64,000 nucleotides of DNA from a bacterium (GTDB lineage Bacteria > RBG-13-61-14 > DATKZS01), in contig CAXXFL010000006.1 in assembly GCA_963674965.2 (NCBI GenBank), forward strand, positions 576,001 through 640,000, written 5' to 3'. The notes beneath the pieces are model-generated. The model saw only the letters and a list, made by a program, of their open reading frames with translations, did no database searches and was not told the DNA's origin. The position numbers and the translations under genes were made by a program. Position 1 is the first letter of the stretch, and each line of letters opens with the position of its first letter. Positions 39,601 to 49,359 of this stretch are shown piece after piece.

Positions 39601-42600
39601 GCTGGCGTAAAGTATGCCCGAGTAAATATCCAGGCTGTCGCCCTCGAGCAGCGCGTCGCCGCGAGGTGTCAGCTCGGGAAGCACCGCGCCGGTAACGAAG
39701 TCCGCGCCCACCACGAAAAGGTCCGCCGCGTCGCCGTCCTTGCCGTCGCCGGTGGCCGCGTAAGTCCCGCTCCCGTTGTCGTCCAGCCACGGCGTCTGCG
39801 TGGCCCAGGTGGCCAGCGCCGCCGCCGCGTCGTTGAAGGCCGACTTGAGAGTGGCGCCCGTCCGGACCCGCTGCCAGAAAAACTGGCTGAAGCTGATCGT
39901 GCCCGATACGCCAAAGTATGCGCTCTCCGAGGACGCCGAGCTGGTGATCACGATACGGTCGGAACCGCCGCCGCCCACCTCGTCCAGGAAGCTGCCCGAC
40001 CGGCAGGCGTCGTAAATCACCACCACGTCTACCCCGTTCGGGTTCGAGGTGTCGCCCCCCTGCACCGCGTCGATCCACGAGTCGAGCTGGGTGGGGGTCA
40101 CCTCCTGGCCCGCGCCCGCGGCCGTGAAGTTGATGAGGAACGAGTCGTCGCCCCCGTGGTCGACCATGTAGATAATGAGCGGCACGCCCGGACCCACGCC
40201 CGGGTTGTCCACCCCCAGGTCGGCGGTGGCCCAATCCAGGATGGCCGCCTGCAGAGCGGCCGGGGTGGGCGCGCCGTCCACGTCGTCCGCGTAGCCGTCG
40301 CCGTCGCCGTCGTAGGCCTGGGTCGCGTCGGGATTGAGGTACATGATCTGGTCCGGCTCGAAGCCGCGAGCCAAAAGGGTCTCGTAGGCGAGGTGGCCAA
40401 GGGAGTTCAGAGCCTCGACCTGACGGTTCGAGTCCACCAGGCCGCCGCCCACCACCACGATGGCCCGGCCCACCGGATCGGTGACGATCACGCGGCTGGT
40501 GAAGCTCTCGCCCGAGCCCGCCTGCGCCTTCACCGAGTACTGCCCGCTCGACTCGAAGGCCGTATACGAACACGTTTCATCACGGTCGGCCGACAATACG
40601 CAAGAGCCGCCGTTGACCGTCCAACTGAAGTCGCCGCTACCGCCCGAGGCGGTGAAGGTCGCCGCCGAGCCCGCGCTCAGGCGGACCACCGCCGGCGCCA
40701 CCTCGACCTCGCCCGAGATGATGATCGTCGCCTGCGCGCTCACCAGCTTGGCGTCAGAAACCGCCACCACGTAGGCCCCCGCCTCGGGGCCCGGCGTGAA
40801 GACAACCTCGGCCCCGGTGAAGGAATCGAGCGCCCCGCCAGTCGCCGCCCACCGGTACGCGCCGGTGCCGCCGTCGGCCACGAAGGTCGCGTCCCCGTCG
40901 CCCGGGGCCCATTCCACGTATACCGGATTGATTATCACCCGCCGCGGGTCCTCGACCACGAAGATGACGTTCCGGTTAAGACCGTTCCCCGCCAGGTCCG
41001 CGACCTGCACGTTCACCACGTGGTTGCCCAGGTCGAGGGCCAGCGCGTCGAAGCTCACCGTGTCCCCGTCCTGGCTGAAGCTCTGCACGGTGCTGAAGTC
41101 GAGCACCATCTCGAGGCTCGCCCAGTCGATCCCAGCCCCGCCCGGGTCCATGAAGTTTATACTGACCGGCAAGTCCACGGGCGGCATGTCGTCGTTCACG
41201 ATCTCCCGATGCGCCGGCGACGACCAGGCGATCTCCGGCCCCCTCGAGTCGACGAGTATCCCATCGGACCACCCCACGCTGGTCAGCCCCGCCCCGTTAA
41301 CGGCCCTCACCCCGATAAAGTAACTCGACCCGTCCTCGAGCTCGAGCCCGAACCTGGTCACCTCGGTCAGCGTCGCGTTGTCCGTCCACCCCACCACGTC
41401 CGTCGCCCCCGCCGACGAACCGATCGCGTAGTCATATCTAAAAATGCCGGACTCAGCGTCCGAAGCTCCGCTCCAAGTGGCGTGGAAACGATCCGTGTAA
41501 CCCGTGTAGGTTCCGTCATCGACAACAACCGGCGATGAAGGACCGGTGGAATCGACGACGATACCATCAGACGGCTGAGGCTGGCCAATATTGCCCGCGT
41601 GATCGACTGCCCGCACGGAGAAGAAGTACTCAGTGCCGCTGGAGTAGGACGCCGAATAGGATATTACGCCGTCGTAATCTATTATCCATGAGGTTACGGA
41701 GTTCCATCCGGAGTTTGGATACACGTCGGTGCCAATGGAGAAGTGATAATAGATAACTCCCGCCTGGCCCTGGTCGGTGGCGCCGGCCACGACTGAAAGG
41801 GTCGAGTCATTCGAGGTATAGTCTCCCTCGTCCACGACGGAGAGCATCTGCGGGTTGACTCGGTCCACGAAAATGGAATCATCGTACGTGGCGGGGGCCG
41901 TCTCGGTAAGCTGGGCTGATAAGGTGGCGATAGAGTAGAACCGGTACTCGCCGTCCTCGTCAACGGGGAAGGAATAATTGAACGATCCGGTTTCTCCGCT
42001 GAGCACCAGTCCGGTATAGATGAAGCTCTCCCCTTCCCTGCTCTTGTAGAGCTTGACCTCGGCGTAAGCGTCGGTGCAGGTGTATCCGATCAGGACGGAG
42101 TTTTGATTCGTTATGGCGCTTGTAATCCACGCGTGAGAAGTAGGCACGTCGTCGCAGTCCCGAGGATTTTTACCCTGCAGGTACTCGTCAATGTTTTTAA
42201 TGCCGTCAAGGTCGGCGTCCTCGGCTGAGTCTCCCTCGAGGGGATCGAGGTTATAGGTGAACTCCCATCCATCGGGCATTCCGTCGCCGTCGGAGTCCAG
42301 GTCGCACGGGTCGGTCCCGAGCCCGTACTCCTGGAGATTGGTCAGCTCGTCGGGCTCGAAATCGACGGTTGAGTCTCCCGAGGCGGGCAGGAGGCAGGCG
42401 TTCTCGGACTCGTATCCGTCGGGCATGCCGTCGCCGTCGGAATCGGGATCGTTGGGGTCGGTGCCCTCGATGGACTCTAGGTCGTCGCGCAGGCCGTCGT
42501 CGTCGGAGTCCGAATCGTTGGGATCGGTGGAATTGACTCCTCCATTGTACTCGGCGAGGTTGTTGAGATTGTCCGAGTCGGGATCGTCGGCGGCGTCGTT

Positions 42601-45600
42601 TCTCCTCGGGTTGAGCCGGTTATCGACCTCCCATCCGTCGGGCATGCCGTCGTCGTCGGTGTCGGAGTCGTGGGGGTCGGTATTGTTGCCGTACTCGCCC
42701 AGGTTATCCAGCCCGTCAGTGTCCGGGTCCAGGGCCGAGTCGTCGGCGAGCGGGTCCAATCCTTTCAGCACTTCCCAGGCGTCGTCCATAAGGTCGTCGT
42801 CGGTGTCGGGGTCGTGGGGATCGGTGCTCGCTCCGTACTCGTTGCCGTTGACCAGTCCATCTCCGTCGTAGTCGGCCAAGGCGTCGTTGACGAGGGGATC
42901 GGTATCGTAGAGGAACTCCCATCCGTCGGGCATGCCGTCGCCGTCGGAGTCGGGGTCCTGGGGATCGGTACCCTCGACGTACTCGATCAAATTGGCCAGG
43001 CCGTCGGCGTCGTCGTCGGCCCAGCTATCATAGAGGATGGGAATAAGGCCGTTCGCGACCTCCCATCCGTCGGGCATGTAGTCGCCGTCCGTGTCGTATT
43101 CGAAGGGATCGGTGTGGTTGAGGAACTCCTGGAAGTTAGTCAGTCCGTCTCCGTCGGGGTCGTTGGAGCCGTCGGCCACCAGTTCGTTGGTCCCCATGAG
43201 TATTTCCCACGTGTCCGGGACCAAATCGCCGTCGGTGTCGTAGAGCGTTGGATCGGTTGTTTCATAAAGGGCCTCCTCACGATCGCTCAAGCCGTCGCCG
43301 TCGGTGTCGAAGAGGGTTGGATCGGTAAGGTACTGTAACTCCTCGTAGTCGGTCAGGAGGTCGCCGTCGGTGTCGGCCAGGAAGGGGTCGGTCCCGAGAT
43401 AGAACTCCTGGAAGTTGGAAATTCCGTCACCGTCGTAGTCCTGGTACTGGCTTCTCTTGTACACTATGGTGGTCGTCTCGCTCATCTCATTCATGATGGT
43501 ATAGAGGACGTGGGCGTTGCCCTCCGAGTCGAGTTTGACGTCGACGTTGGTCACGGAAATGGCGGACCCCGGCGAGGCGGTGTACAAATTGAAGGGCGCG
43601 TACCATTTTCCCTGGTTATAGGGCAGTATAAACAAGTCCTCGAAGTATCCCTCGACGTGAGACGACAAGGACGTGGCCAGGAAGAAATTATTCCCTCCGA
43701 AGGCGATGGAGTTTATACCGGCGGCGTTGAGGTTGGCGTTCTCGTCTCCGAACGGTCTTTCCGGCAGCGACCACTGTTCGTCCTTGCCATAGGTGAAGTA
43801 AATCTGGGAATAGTAGCTGCTTCCGATGGCGTATTCCTCATAGGCCACGAAGGCCTGGCCGTCGTAAGCCCCCCTCACGGTGGGCCCGCCGCTGGTGGCG
43901 TAGGTCTCGGTGAGTCTAACGGGGCTGGACCATGACGATCCGTCCTTTTTCGCGTAGGCGACCTCGTAGTTGCCGTAAGAGTCGTCCGACCAGACGGCGT
44001 GCAATATTCCGTCCGGTCCGACGTCGATCCTCGGTCCCTCGGAGTGGGAGGTGGGGGCGTTGCTCAGATTGGTCTCGGCGGACCATCCGGAGCCGTCGTT
44101 GAATCTGTAAATCACGTCGCCGACCCCGTAGTCCGCCGCTCTTTTCTCGTAGACGAGGTGCAGGGTCCCGTCGGGTCCGACCACGGAATTTGGGTCCTTG
44201 CAGACGCTTGGGGCGCAGTTGGAGAGGTTAATCTCGGAGTTCCATCCCGAGGAGTCCCTGGTCCTGACGTAGACGTCCTTTTGCGTGCCTATCCAGACCT
44301 CATAGATGACGGAAACGGTTTCTCCCGGCCCCGCCTCGACGCGGGGGTTGGTAAAGTAATCTCCGGAGACGACTGGCACCTCGACGGAGGAAGTCCATGA
44401 GCCTCCCGGCTGTTTTTCCTTGAAATGCACGGTGGGGTTCCACATGTACTCCGGGTAGACGGCGTAAATGGCCCCGTCTCCGGCCACGGCCATCCTTCCC
44501 TGCCCTATGAACCAGGAGCCGGAGAACACGTTTTGATTCGCGCTCCATTCCAGGTCGTCTCCCGCGGAATCTGGGTCCCTTTCCACGAAAAGCTCGAGTC
44601 CGTCCTGTTCCTCCCCCTCGTCGGAGTCTGGTTCATTAGGGTCGATGCCGAGGGCAATTTCCGTCCCGTCATTAACACCGTCCCCGTCCGTGTCCTCAAA
44701 GAGGGGATTGGTAAGCTCGTCTTTAAGCTCGACCCCATCGCTCAGGCCATCGTCGTCGGTGTCGGGATCGAGATAGTCCGACCCGATAAAGAACTCGAGC
44801 CTGTCGTTAAGCTGGTCGGAATCGGAGTCGGGGTACTCGAGTCGCGAGCAGGTGTTTTCCGTGTCCGTCCCGTCCGTGTAAATTTCCCTATACAGCACGA
44901 AGAGGTCGCCGTTGCTTTTGCCGGCCATGGAAAAACGCCGGGGCGACGTACTGGTGACCTGGCCGGTCCCGACTTTAACGGGCTTAAGCCACTGGCCCTT
45001 ATAATTCATGGTCATATGGATGACGTTCTGATCGTTTGCCTGCTCGTTCCAGAAGAGGGCCAGGTTGCCGTAGAGGTCGGACTCGAGCTCGGGATATACG
45101 GAGTTGGACACGGTGTTGGAGACGTTTTCAGGCAGATACCATCCGGTGTTGTCCTTTTTCCTGACTTGAATTTCATTCCCCTGATTCCAGGCGGCGTAAA
45201 CGTTGCCGTTTCGGTCCACCTCGATTGACGGGTCGATTCCCTGTCCCAGGGCCGCGGCGCTCACGAAGGAAATTCCGTACTTAATGTACCTGTACTTAAT
45301 ATCGGTGGCCGTGCCCGCCGTTGTCCATACGACGTGAGGCAGGTCGTTTTTATCGACGGCGATCGATACTTTGTGGGCCGCCTGGGAAACGGGGCCCTCG
45401 AGAATCTGGTCGGCCGTGCAAGTGGCGCAGAACTGTTTATAGCGAACGTAGTAATCTCCCCCGTAGGTCTCGGTCCACACGGCGTGCCTTACGCCCTTGG
45501 AGTCGATGGCCACGTCATAGGCCATGAAGGCCTGAGCGGTGGTTGTAAACAGGGTCTCTCCGTATTGGAAGGTCGTTCCCACGAAGAGGGCCTGCATGAG

Positions 45601-48600
45601 GGAATAGCTTGGCCCACTCGAGTTGGAATCCTGCCAGAAGAGGAAAAGCGTATCGTCTTGCAGGTCCTTGCTCCTTCTCAGTTTGGGGTCGTGAGAGTTG
45701 GCGGTCGAATAGGCCAGGCTGGAGTAGCCGGACCAGGATGACCCTTGCCATCTCCGGTATTTAATGGCGGTGGCGGCCCCGGTGTATTCGAAGGCGAGGG
45801 TGACCGAGTCGGCCCCCGATACTCCTATGGTCGGGTTTTCATCCTCGTAGGAACTTGGATAAGCCCTTGCCGGCGTCGTCCATTTTCTATCGTCGCCGGG
45901 AGTCGAGTTGGGTTCCGTGCCGAGGTAGGCCTCGAGCCCGTCGAGTTCTCCGCCGTTGTCCGTGTCCGAGATGATGGGGCTGGAGCCGGTATGGGCTATA
46001 TCGACGAAGACGCCCGTGTTGTCCTCGCTCTCGTTGGGCAGGGCGTCCCGGTCGTTGTCGTTGTTGGGGTAGAGCGGGTCGGTCATGTTCCAGTACTCGA
46101 CGAGGCTCGTGATGCCGTCTTCATCGGCGTCGGAATAGGAGTCGAAGAAGAAGGGGTCCGTGCCGTACTCGATCTCCCATCCGTCGGGCACTCCGTCGCC
46201 GTCGGTATCGGCGTTATTGGGGTCGGTCAGGTAGAGGAAGACCTCGTCGTAGTCGGAGAGCCCGTCGCCGTCGGAGTCGGAGGCCCCCATCAAGGTGCCG
46301 TAGAAGAACTCCATCCAGTTGTTCATGCCGTCGCCGTCGCCGTCCAGCGCGCCGTCGGAAGGGTCGAGCGGGTCGAGTCCCTCGTCGATCTCCCAGCCGT
46401 CCTCCATACCGTCGCCGTCGGTGTCGGCCATCTGCGGGTCCGTGCCGCTCGAGTACTCGGAGTAGTTGTCAAGGCCGTCGCCGTCGCCGTCGGCCGCCGA
46501 GTCGTCCGCCGCGGGATCAAGGTTGTTATATACCTCGTAGTCGTCCTTCATTCCGTCGCCGTCAGTGTCGTAGGAATAGGGGTCCGTGCCGTATACGGCC
46601 TCCTTCTGGTTGGCTATCCCGTCGCCGTCGGGGTCGCCCGAGGCGTCGTTCGAGGCGGGATTGAAGCCGTAGGCCAGCTCGAAGTAGTCGTTCATGCCGT
46701 CGCCGTCGGTGTCGGCGTAGAAATAGCTCGAGGTGGAGAAGAGGTTCTCATAGGAGTCGGAGAGCCCGTCGCCGTCGCGGTCCGGCAGGATGCACCGGTC
46801 GTAAGGCTGGGAGACGACCTTTTGAGAGAAGGCGTTCAGGTTTGAGCTGATAGTGGCCGACTCGGGCATGGGATAACTCGTGCTGTAATGGGCGCCGTAC
46901 ACGGCCTGTCCGAACTCGGTGGCGACGGGCCATAAGCCCGAGGCCGATCGCCAATAGTTGGCGGTACTGGCTCTCCATCCCGCCAGGAGCGCGTAATATT
47001 TGCCGGGCTTGAGCCTGAAGTTAATGGGACCGCTGCTATAGTAACCGGCAGGGGCCGAGTCTCCGGCGTACTTTAAGCGCTCCCAGACAATAGTGTACGT
47101 TCCGTTAAGGGTCGAGGCCTCCATGACGATGAAATGGATAGAACCCCCGTCCTGCGGGTCGATCTTCTGCTGGAACTCGATAAGGAGACTGGGCTCGGAG
47201 GCCAGGTATTTCTCTCCCCGATAGGTGTTCGTGGCCGAGCCGGAGCTGGTGGTGTCGAATATGGTGGCGACGGTGGCCCCGCCGCAGGTGGTCGTCGGCT
47301 TGTACTCGTTAAGCAGCAGGTTCCGGTGGAGGTACTCTCCGGCTCCCAGCGGGTTATCGGGATCGGCGCCCTTCTCGACGGTGATGGTCGTGGCCACGGC
47401 GTCGCCCTGATAGTACTTGGAGTGATAGAGCACGGGCTCGTTGTCGCCGTTGTTGTTGATCACGTTGGTGACCGTTCCGGCCATGTCGGAGAATTCTCCG
47501 GTCGAGGAATAGGACCAGTTTTCTATTCCCGCGTTATCCACTCCCACCACCGCCCAATGGTCTTCCTCGATCACGTCGAGGTCGTTGTCATTGTATGTGG
47601 AAATTTCTATGCCTGGAGGGTAGACGCCGCTGAAAGACATGCTTGGCTCATGGCTGTAGTGCGCGGACATGTCGCCGCCCATCTCAAGCCATTCCTCGAT
47701 CTTGTCGGACTGGTTTTCGATTTCATCATAGAACATAAGGGGCTGGCTGGACTCGATGACCACCTTGTCGTAATCGAAAAGGTTGACCGACCCGATCCCG
47801 GTCCGGTTGGCTATATCATAGGAGATGCCGAATTCGTCGAGCAGGCTTGTATTGGCGTCGGAGTAGCTCTCGGCGTCCCTCATCAGGAGGACATTTTTGG
47901 GGAAACACCCCTCGGTGCAGGTCCTGATCCTTTGGTAATACCAGTAGGTCGTGCCCGTTCCAATGGCGTATGAGGCGGGCGGCGGGTAGGCGCTCCCGTT
48001 AATAAAGCCGTTGTATCTTACCTGTCCGAAATGGAAATCCACGGGGGCGGCCGCGTTGAGGTAAGCGTAGTAGGTGACTGAGTAAGACGAACTCCAGGAC
48101 ATACCAATAAAATAGGTCCTGCCCGGCAGCAGGATGACGCTGGTTTCACTGGACGAGTACCATCCGGCCCCTCCGGTCCCGGCGGACCTGTCTCTTTTCC
48201 AGATGAGGTTCATGGTCCCGCCGGGGGAATCGCCCTCATATATGACCGCCGCCAGCGTGGTCCCCGACGGCGGGTTCAGGTACATCTGGAACTCGGACAT
48301 GACCGTGGCCGTATCGACCTCGTAGAAGTTCCCTCTCATGCGGTCGGCGGAGGCCCAATTGCTCGAGGTACCGCCGATCGAGTTGAGTACGGAGGCGAAG
48401 TCGTCCAGGTTGGAGGAGCACTTGCGGCCGTTTTGCGCCTCGGCCCCGTCCAGTACTCCTCCCCCGTCCGAGTCGGTCCCGTCGGGATTGCACGATTGCA
48501 GGTACTCGCCAAGGTCGTAGAGGCCGTCCGAGTCGCTGTCGTACCTGTCGGAGTTAATCAGCTCGTCGCCCAGGCCGTTTAACAACTCCCATCCGTCGGG

Positions 48601-49359
48601 CATGCCGTCGGAGTCGGTGTCGGGATCGCAGGGAGAAGTGCCGGCCAAGTATTCGTTCTGACTGGACAACCCGTCCGAGTCGGGGTCCCTCAGTTCATCG
48701 GCCGTGTATGCCATGAGACAGCCGCTCGCCAGCTCGTAGTCGTCGGGCAGTCCGTCCAGGTCGTAGTCGTTCACGTTTATAATGACGTCGTCGCGGTCGT
48801 TATAAGTCCCGCTGAGACAGGATGAAGTGGTGTTGTTATAGGTAAAGGAGGCGCGGATGACCTTGACGCCCGAGTCGGGGCCCAGGTTGAAGTCCACGCT
48901 CAGGACGGCGGCCCCGGCCCCGGTGCAGCCGGCGTATCCCATCCGGGTCCAGGAGGGGGAATCAAGAGAATCGGACATGAAAACGTTAAGGTAGTCGGAC
49001 GAGTTGTAGCACCAGACGTTGGCCCGAAGCCGTAAAGTGTCTCCGGGCATGAAGGTGTCGCCCGAGAGGTCGTAGACGTTGAAGGAGTCGATCGACTCGT
49101 AGGGACCGTGATAGTATCCGCCGTCTCCGTCCGCGCAGGGACTGGTCGAGATGGTATTGGGCTCGTTGGGCTCGACTCCGTCCGTCATCTCCCCCCTTCC
49201 GTTTATAAGCGCCTGGGGGACTTGGCAGGGGGCCTGGCCGGTCTTGCAGCGGGGAGCAAAGTAGCCGTAGTCGAACTCGGCCGTCTCCAGGGCGAAAGCG
49301 CCCATGGAAAAACAAAAAGCGGTTATAAAAGCGAGAACGGGAAGCACAAACCTTTTCAT
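36649..49359 (-). CDS. Giant (~4236 aa) secreted multidomain protein with C13/caspase-fold cysteine peptidase
   Basis: Sec signal (MKRFVLPVLAFITAFCFSMGAFA); many DxDxDGxxDxxE (bacterial TSP3-like) repeats; two beta-propeller-like regions; Ig/FN3-like domains; IYMVDHGG...VIYDACRSGSF dyad; PPC-like and carboxypeptidase-regulatory-like domains; dockerin-like C-terminal pair. Confidence 0.88.
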   Translation of the reverse strand: MKRFVLPVLAFITAFCFSMGAFALETAEFDYGYFAPRCKTGQAPCQVPQALINGRGEMTDGVEPNEPNTISTSPCADGDGGYYHGPYESIDSFNVYDLSGDTFMPGDTLRLRANVWCYNSSDYLNVFMSDSLDSPSWTRMGYAGCTGAGAAVLSVDFNLGPDSGVKVIRASFTYNNTTSSCLSGTYNDRDDVIINVNDYDLDGLPDDYELASGCLMAYTADELRDPDSDGLSSQNEYLAGTSPCDPDTDSDGMPDGWELLNGLGDELINSDRYDSDSDGLYDLGEYLQSCNPDGTDSDGGGVLDGAEAQNGRKCSSNLDDFASVLNSIGGTSSNWASADRMRGNFYEVDTATVMSEFQMYLNPPSGTTLAAVIYEGDSPGGTMNLIWKRDRSAGTGGAGWYSSSETSVILLPGRTYFIGMSWSSSYSVTYYAYLNAAAPVDFHFGQVRYNGFINGSAYPPPASYAIGTGTTYWYYQRIRTCTEGCFPKNVLLMRDAESYSDANTSLLDEFGISYDIANRTGIGSVNLFDYDKVVIESSQPLMFYDEIENQSDKIEEWLEMGGDMSAHYSHEPSMSFSGVYPPGIEISTYNDNDLDVIEEDHWAVVGVDNAGIENWSYSSTGEFSDMAGTVTNVINNNGDNEPVLYHSKYYQGDAVATTITVEKGADPDNPLGAGEYLHRNLLLNEYKPTTTCGGATVATIFDTTSSGSATNTYRGEKYLASEPSLLIEFQQKIDPQDGGSIHFIVMEASTLNGTYTIVWERLKYAGDSAPAGYYSSGPINFRLKPGKYYALLAGWRASTANYWRSASGLWPVATEFGQAVYGAHYSTSYPMPESATISSNLNAFSQKVVSQPYDRCILPDRDGDGLSDSYENLFSTSSYFYADTDGDGMNDYFELAYGFNPASNDASGDPDGDGIANQKEAVYGTDPYSYDTDGDGMKDDYEVYNNLDPAADDSAADGDGDGLDNYSEYSSGTDPQMADTDGDGMEDGWEIDEGLDPLDPSDGALDGDGDGMNNWMEFFYGTLMGASDSDGDGLSDYDEVFLYLTDPNNADTDGDGVPDGWEIEYGTDPFFFDSYSDADEDGITSLVEYWNMTDPLYPNNDNDRDALPNESEDNTGVFVDIAHTGSSPIISDTDNGGELDGLEAYLGTEPNSTPGDDRKWTTPARAYPSSYEDENPTIGVSGADSVTLAFEYTGAATAIKYRRWQGSSWSGYSSLAYSTANSHDPKLRRSKDLQDDTLFLFWQDSNSSGPSYSLMQALFVGTTFQYGETLFTTTAQAFMAYDVAIDSKGVRHAVWTETYGGDYYVRYKQFCATCTADQILEGPVSQAAHKVSIAVDKNDLPHVVWTTAGTATDIKYRYIKYGISFVSAAALGQGIDPSIEVDRNGNVYAAWNQGNEIQVRKKDNTGWYLPENVSNTVSNSVYPELESDLYGNLALFWNEQANDQNVIHMTMNYKGQWLKPVKVGTGQVTSTSPRRFSMAGKSNGDLFVLYREIYTDGTDTENTCSRLEYPDSDSDQLNDRLEFFIGSDYLDPDTDDDGLSDGVELKDELTNPLFEDTDGDGVNDGTEIALGIDPNEPDSDEGEEQDGLELFVERDPDSAGDDLEWSANQNVFSGSWFIGQGRMAVAGDGAIYAVYPEYMWNPTVHFKEKQPGGSWTSSVEVPVVSGDYFTNPRVEAGPGETVSVIYEVWIGTQKDVYVRTRDSSGWNSEINLSNCAPSVCKDPNSVVGPDGTLHLVYEKRAADYGVGDVIYRFNDGSGWSAETNLSNAPTSHSEGPRIDVGPDGILHAVWSDDSYGNYEVAYAKKDGSSWSSPVRLTETYATSGGPTVRGAYDGQAFVAYEEYAIGSSYYSQIYFTYGKDEQWSLPERPFGDENANLNAAGINSIAFGGNNFFLATSLSSHVEGYFEDLFILPYNQGKWYAPFNLYTASPGSAISVTNVDVKLDSEGNAHVLYTIMNEMSETTTIVYKRSQYQDYDGDGISNFQEFYLGTDPFLADTDGDLLTDYEELQYLTDPTLFDTDGDGLSDREEALYETTDPTLYDTDGDLVPDTWEILMGTNELVADGSNDPDGDGLTNFQEFLNHTDPFEYDTDGDYMPDGWEVANGLIPILYDSWADDDADGLANLIEYVEGTDPQDPDSDGDGMPDGWEFLYDTDPLVNDALADYDGDGLVNGNEYGASTDPHDPDTDDDLMDDAWEVLKGLDPLADDSALDPDTDGLDNLGEYGNNTDPHDSDTDDDGMPDGWEVDNRLNPRRNDAADDPDSDNLNNLAEYNGGVNSTDPNDSDSDDDGLRDDLESIEGTDPNDPDSDGDGMPDGYESENACLLPASGDSTVDFEPDELTNLQEYGLGTDPCDLDSDGDGMPDGWEFTYNLDPLEGDSAEDADLDGIKNIDEYLQGKNPRDCDDVPTSHAWITSAITNQNSVLIGYTCTDAYAEVKLYKSREGESFIYTGLVLSGETGSFNYSFPVDEDGEYRFYSIATLSAQLTETAPATYDDSIFVDRVNPQMLSVVDEGDYTSNDSTLSVVAGATDQGQAGVIYYHFSIGTDVYPNSGWNSVTSWIIDYDGVISYSASYSSGTEYFFSVRAVDHAGNIGQPQPSDGIVVDSTGPSSPVVVDDGTYTGYTDRFHATWSGASDAESGIFRYDYAIGSSAGATDVVGWTDNATLTEVTRFGLELEDGSSYFIGVRAVNGAGLTSVGWSDGILVDSRGPEIAWSSPAHREIVNDDMPPVDLPVSINFMDPGGAGIDWASLEMVLDFSTVQSFSQDGDTVSFDALALDLGNHVVNVQVADLAGNGLNRNVIFVVEDPRRVIINPVYVEWAPGDGDATFVADGGTGAYRWAATGGALDSFTGAEVVFTPGPEAGAYVVAVSDAKLVSAQATIIISGEVEVAPAVVRLSAGSAATFTASGGSGDFSWTVNGGSCVLSADRDETCSYTAFESSGQYSVKAQAGSGESFTSRVIVTDPVGRAIVVVGGGLVDSNRQVEALNSLGHLAYETLLARGFEPDQIMYLNPDATQAYDGDGDGYADDVDGAPTPAALQAAILDWATADLGVDNPGVGPGVPLIIYMVDHGGDDSFLINFTAAGAGQEVTPTQLDSWIDAVQGGDTSNPNGVDVVVIYDACRSGSFLDEVGGGGSDRIVITSSASSESAYFGVSGTISFSQFFWQRVRTGATLKSAFNDAAAALATWATQTPWLDDNGSGTYAATGDGKDGDAADLFVVGADFVTGAVLPELTPRGDALLEGDSLDIYSGILYASSSEISAMFAILTPPGFSPPQSEGNFDTPWLEDEEGNPLPRVYLEYSSATDDWRRRLDSAELAELFTVNGRYTATLYAIDLEGRVTAAAEFSITVFGPDPYEDDDWWSSGSSVEVNSSSAQAHNFHDSGDRDWVKFSVAFGDTGYYSVYTENLADRCDTVIELYGYSVAGSTVVPIAFDDDSGQDGGGSSRIFMYLSEGLYYAEVYQYGDTIGGQDTEYDLRVGHDEGDYGSVEGYVTDSVTGFGVQGANVIVILGGPPRVATTGAGGYYKLSSLLAGSGYPMQVQAANFTTWSGTVNVGVNQTTRKDVVLAAKTGTSGVLMGHVYGHGGAPLVGVGLEVSGKSVVSEAGGLYSIRLAPGAAYVYSSWPGYEPYLEEGLMVVAGDTTVHEVSLEPVDTDGDGLPDWIETSGCTDESEADSDGDGLCDGDTAVYDGATLVCSAGEDLDLDGEVGASETDPCDDDSDGDLLGDGDEALTYGTDPLEVDTDSDGLGDRLEAVVVSCLDPTDDDTDDDGLLDGTSQGEDKDGDGVVDATETSPCLFDTDTDTLGDGAEVTVYGTDPLEVDTDSDGLSDGLEVPWCTSPTDEDSDGDGLLDGTPSGEDKDGDGVVDATETNPCAFDSDSDGIGDGLELGTYGTNPLRQDTDSDGIGDYVEAVSSACLDATEADTDGDGLLDGTIFGEDKDGDGVVDPGETNPCLEDSDEDGLGDDEEPGLGLDPLEWDTDGDALPDGYEVANSSGHALNLDPLDPGDGCASDFDGDGNANCHEYYNGTDIWSENVTGGSACFSWADSGSTVSADGLVSPLDLGALNARASLKDASYTGVLPPNGDSQELDMDEIISALDLAVLRQMVANLSTSGNPSRPVALEVYGDTAVTAEVGSTVRIELGALNQGGKHTSSLGIIFTIDPSSTASATLLGGDGAASSGRYDVTGPIATGGRSAIVLLPTAPGSLLLNAHLPPCGVDGKGRYCEELIKQPLVTVTVE
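37440..38420 (-). repeat. Intragenic ~80-aa (~240-bp) TSP3-like super-repeats, 3-4 copies
   Basis: DTDSDG..D..E...C.DPT..D.D.DGLLDGT..GEDKDGDGVVD..ET.PC recurs; identical 42-bp stretch at 37891 and 38131. Confidence 0.85.

Noticed and set aside
33497-49359. Diversity-generating retroelement acting on the adhesin or VgrG tips
   Set aside because: No reverse transcriptase and no template/variable repeat pair seen.
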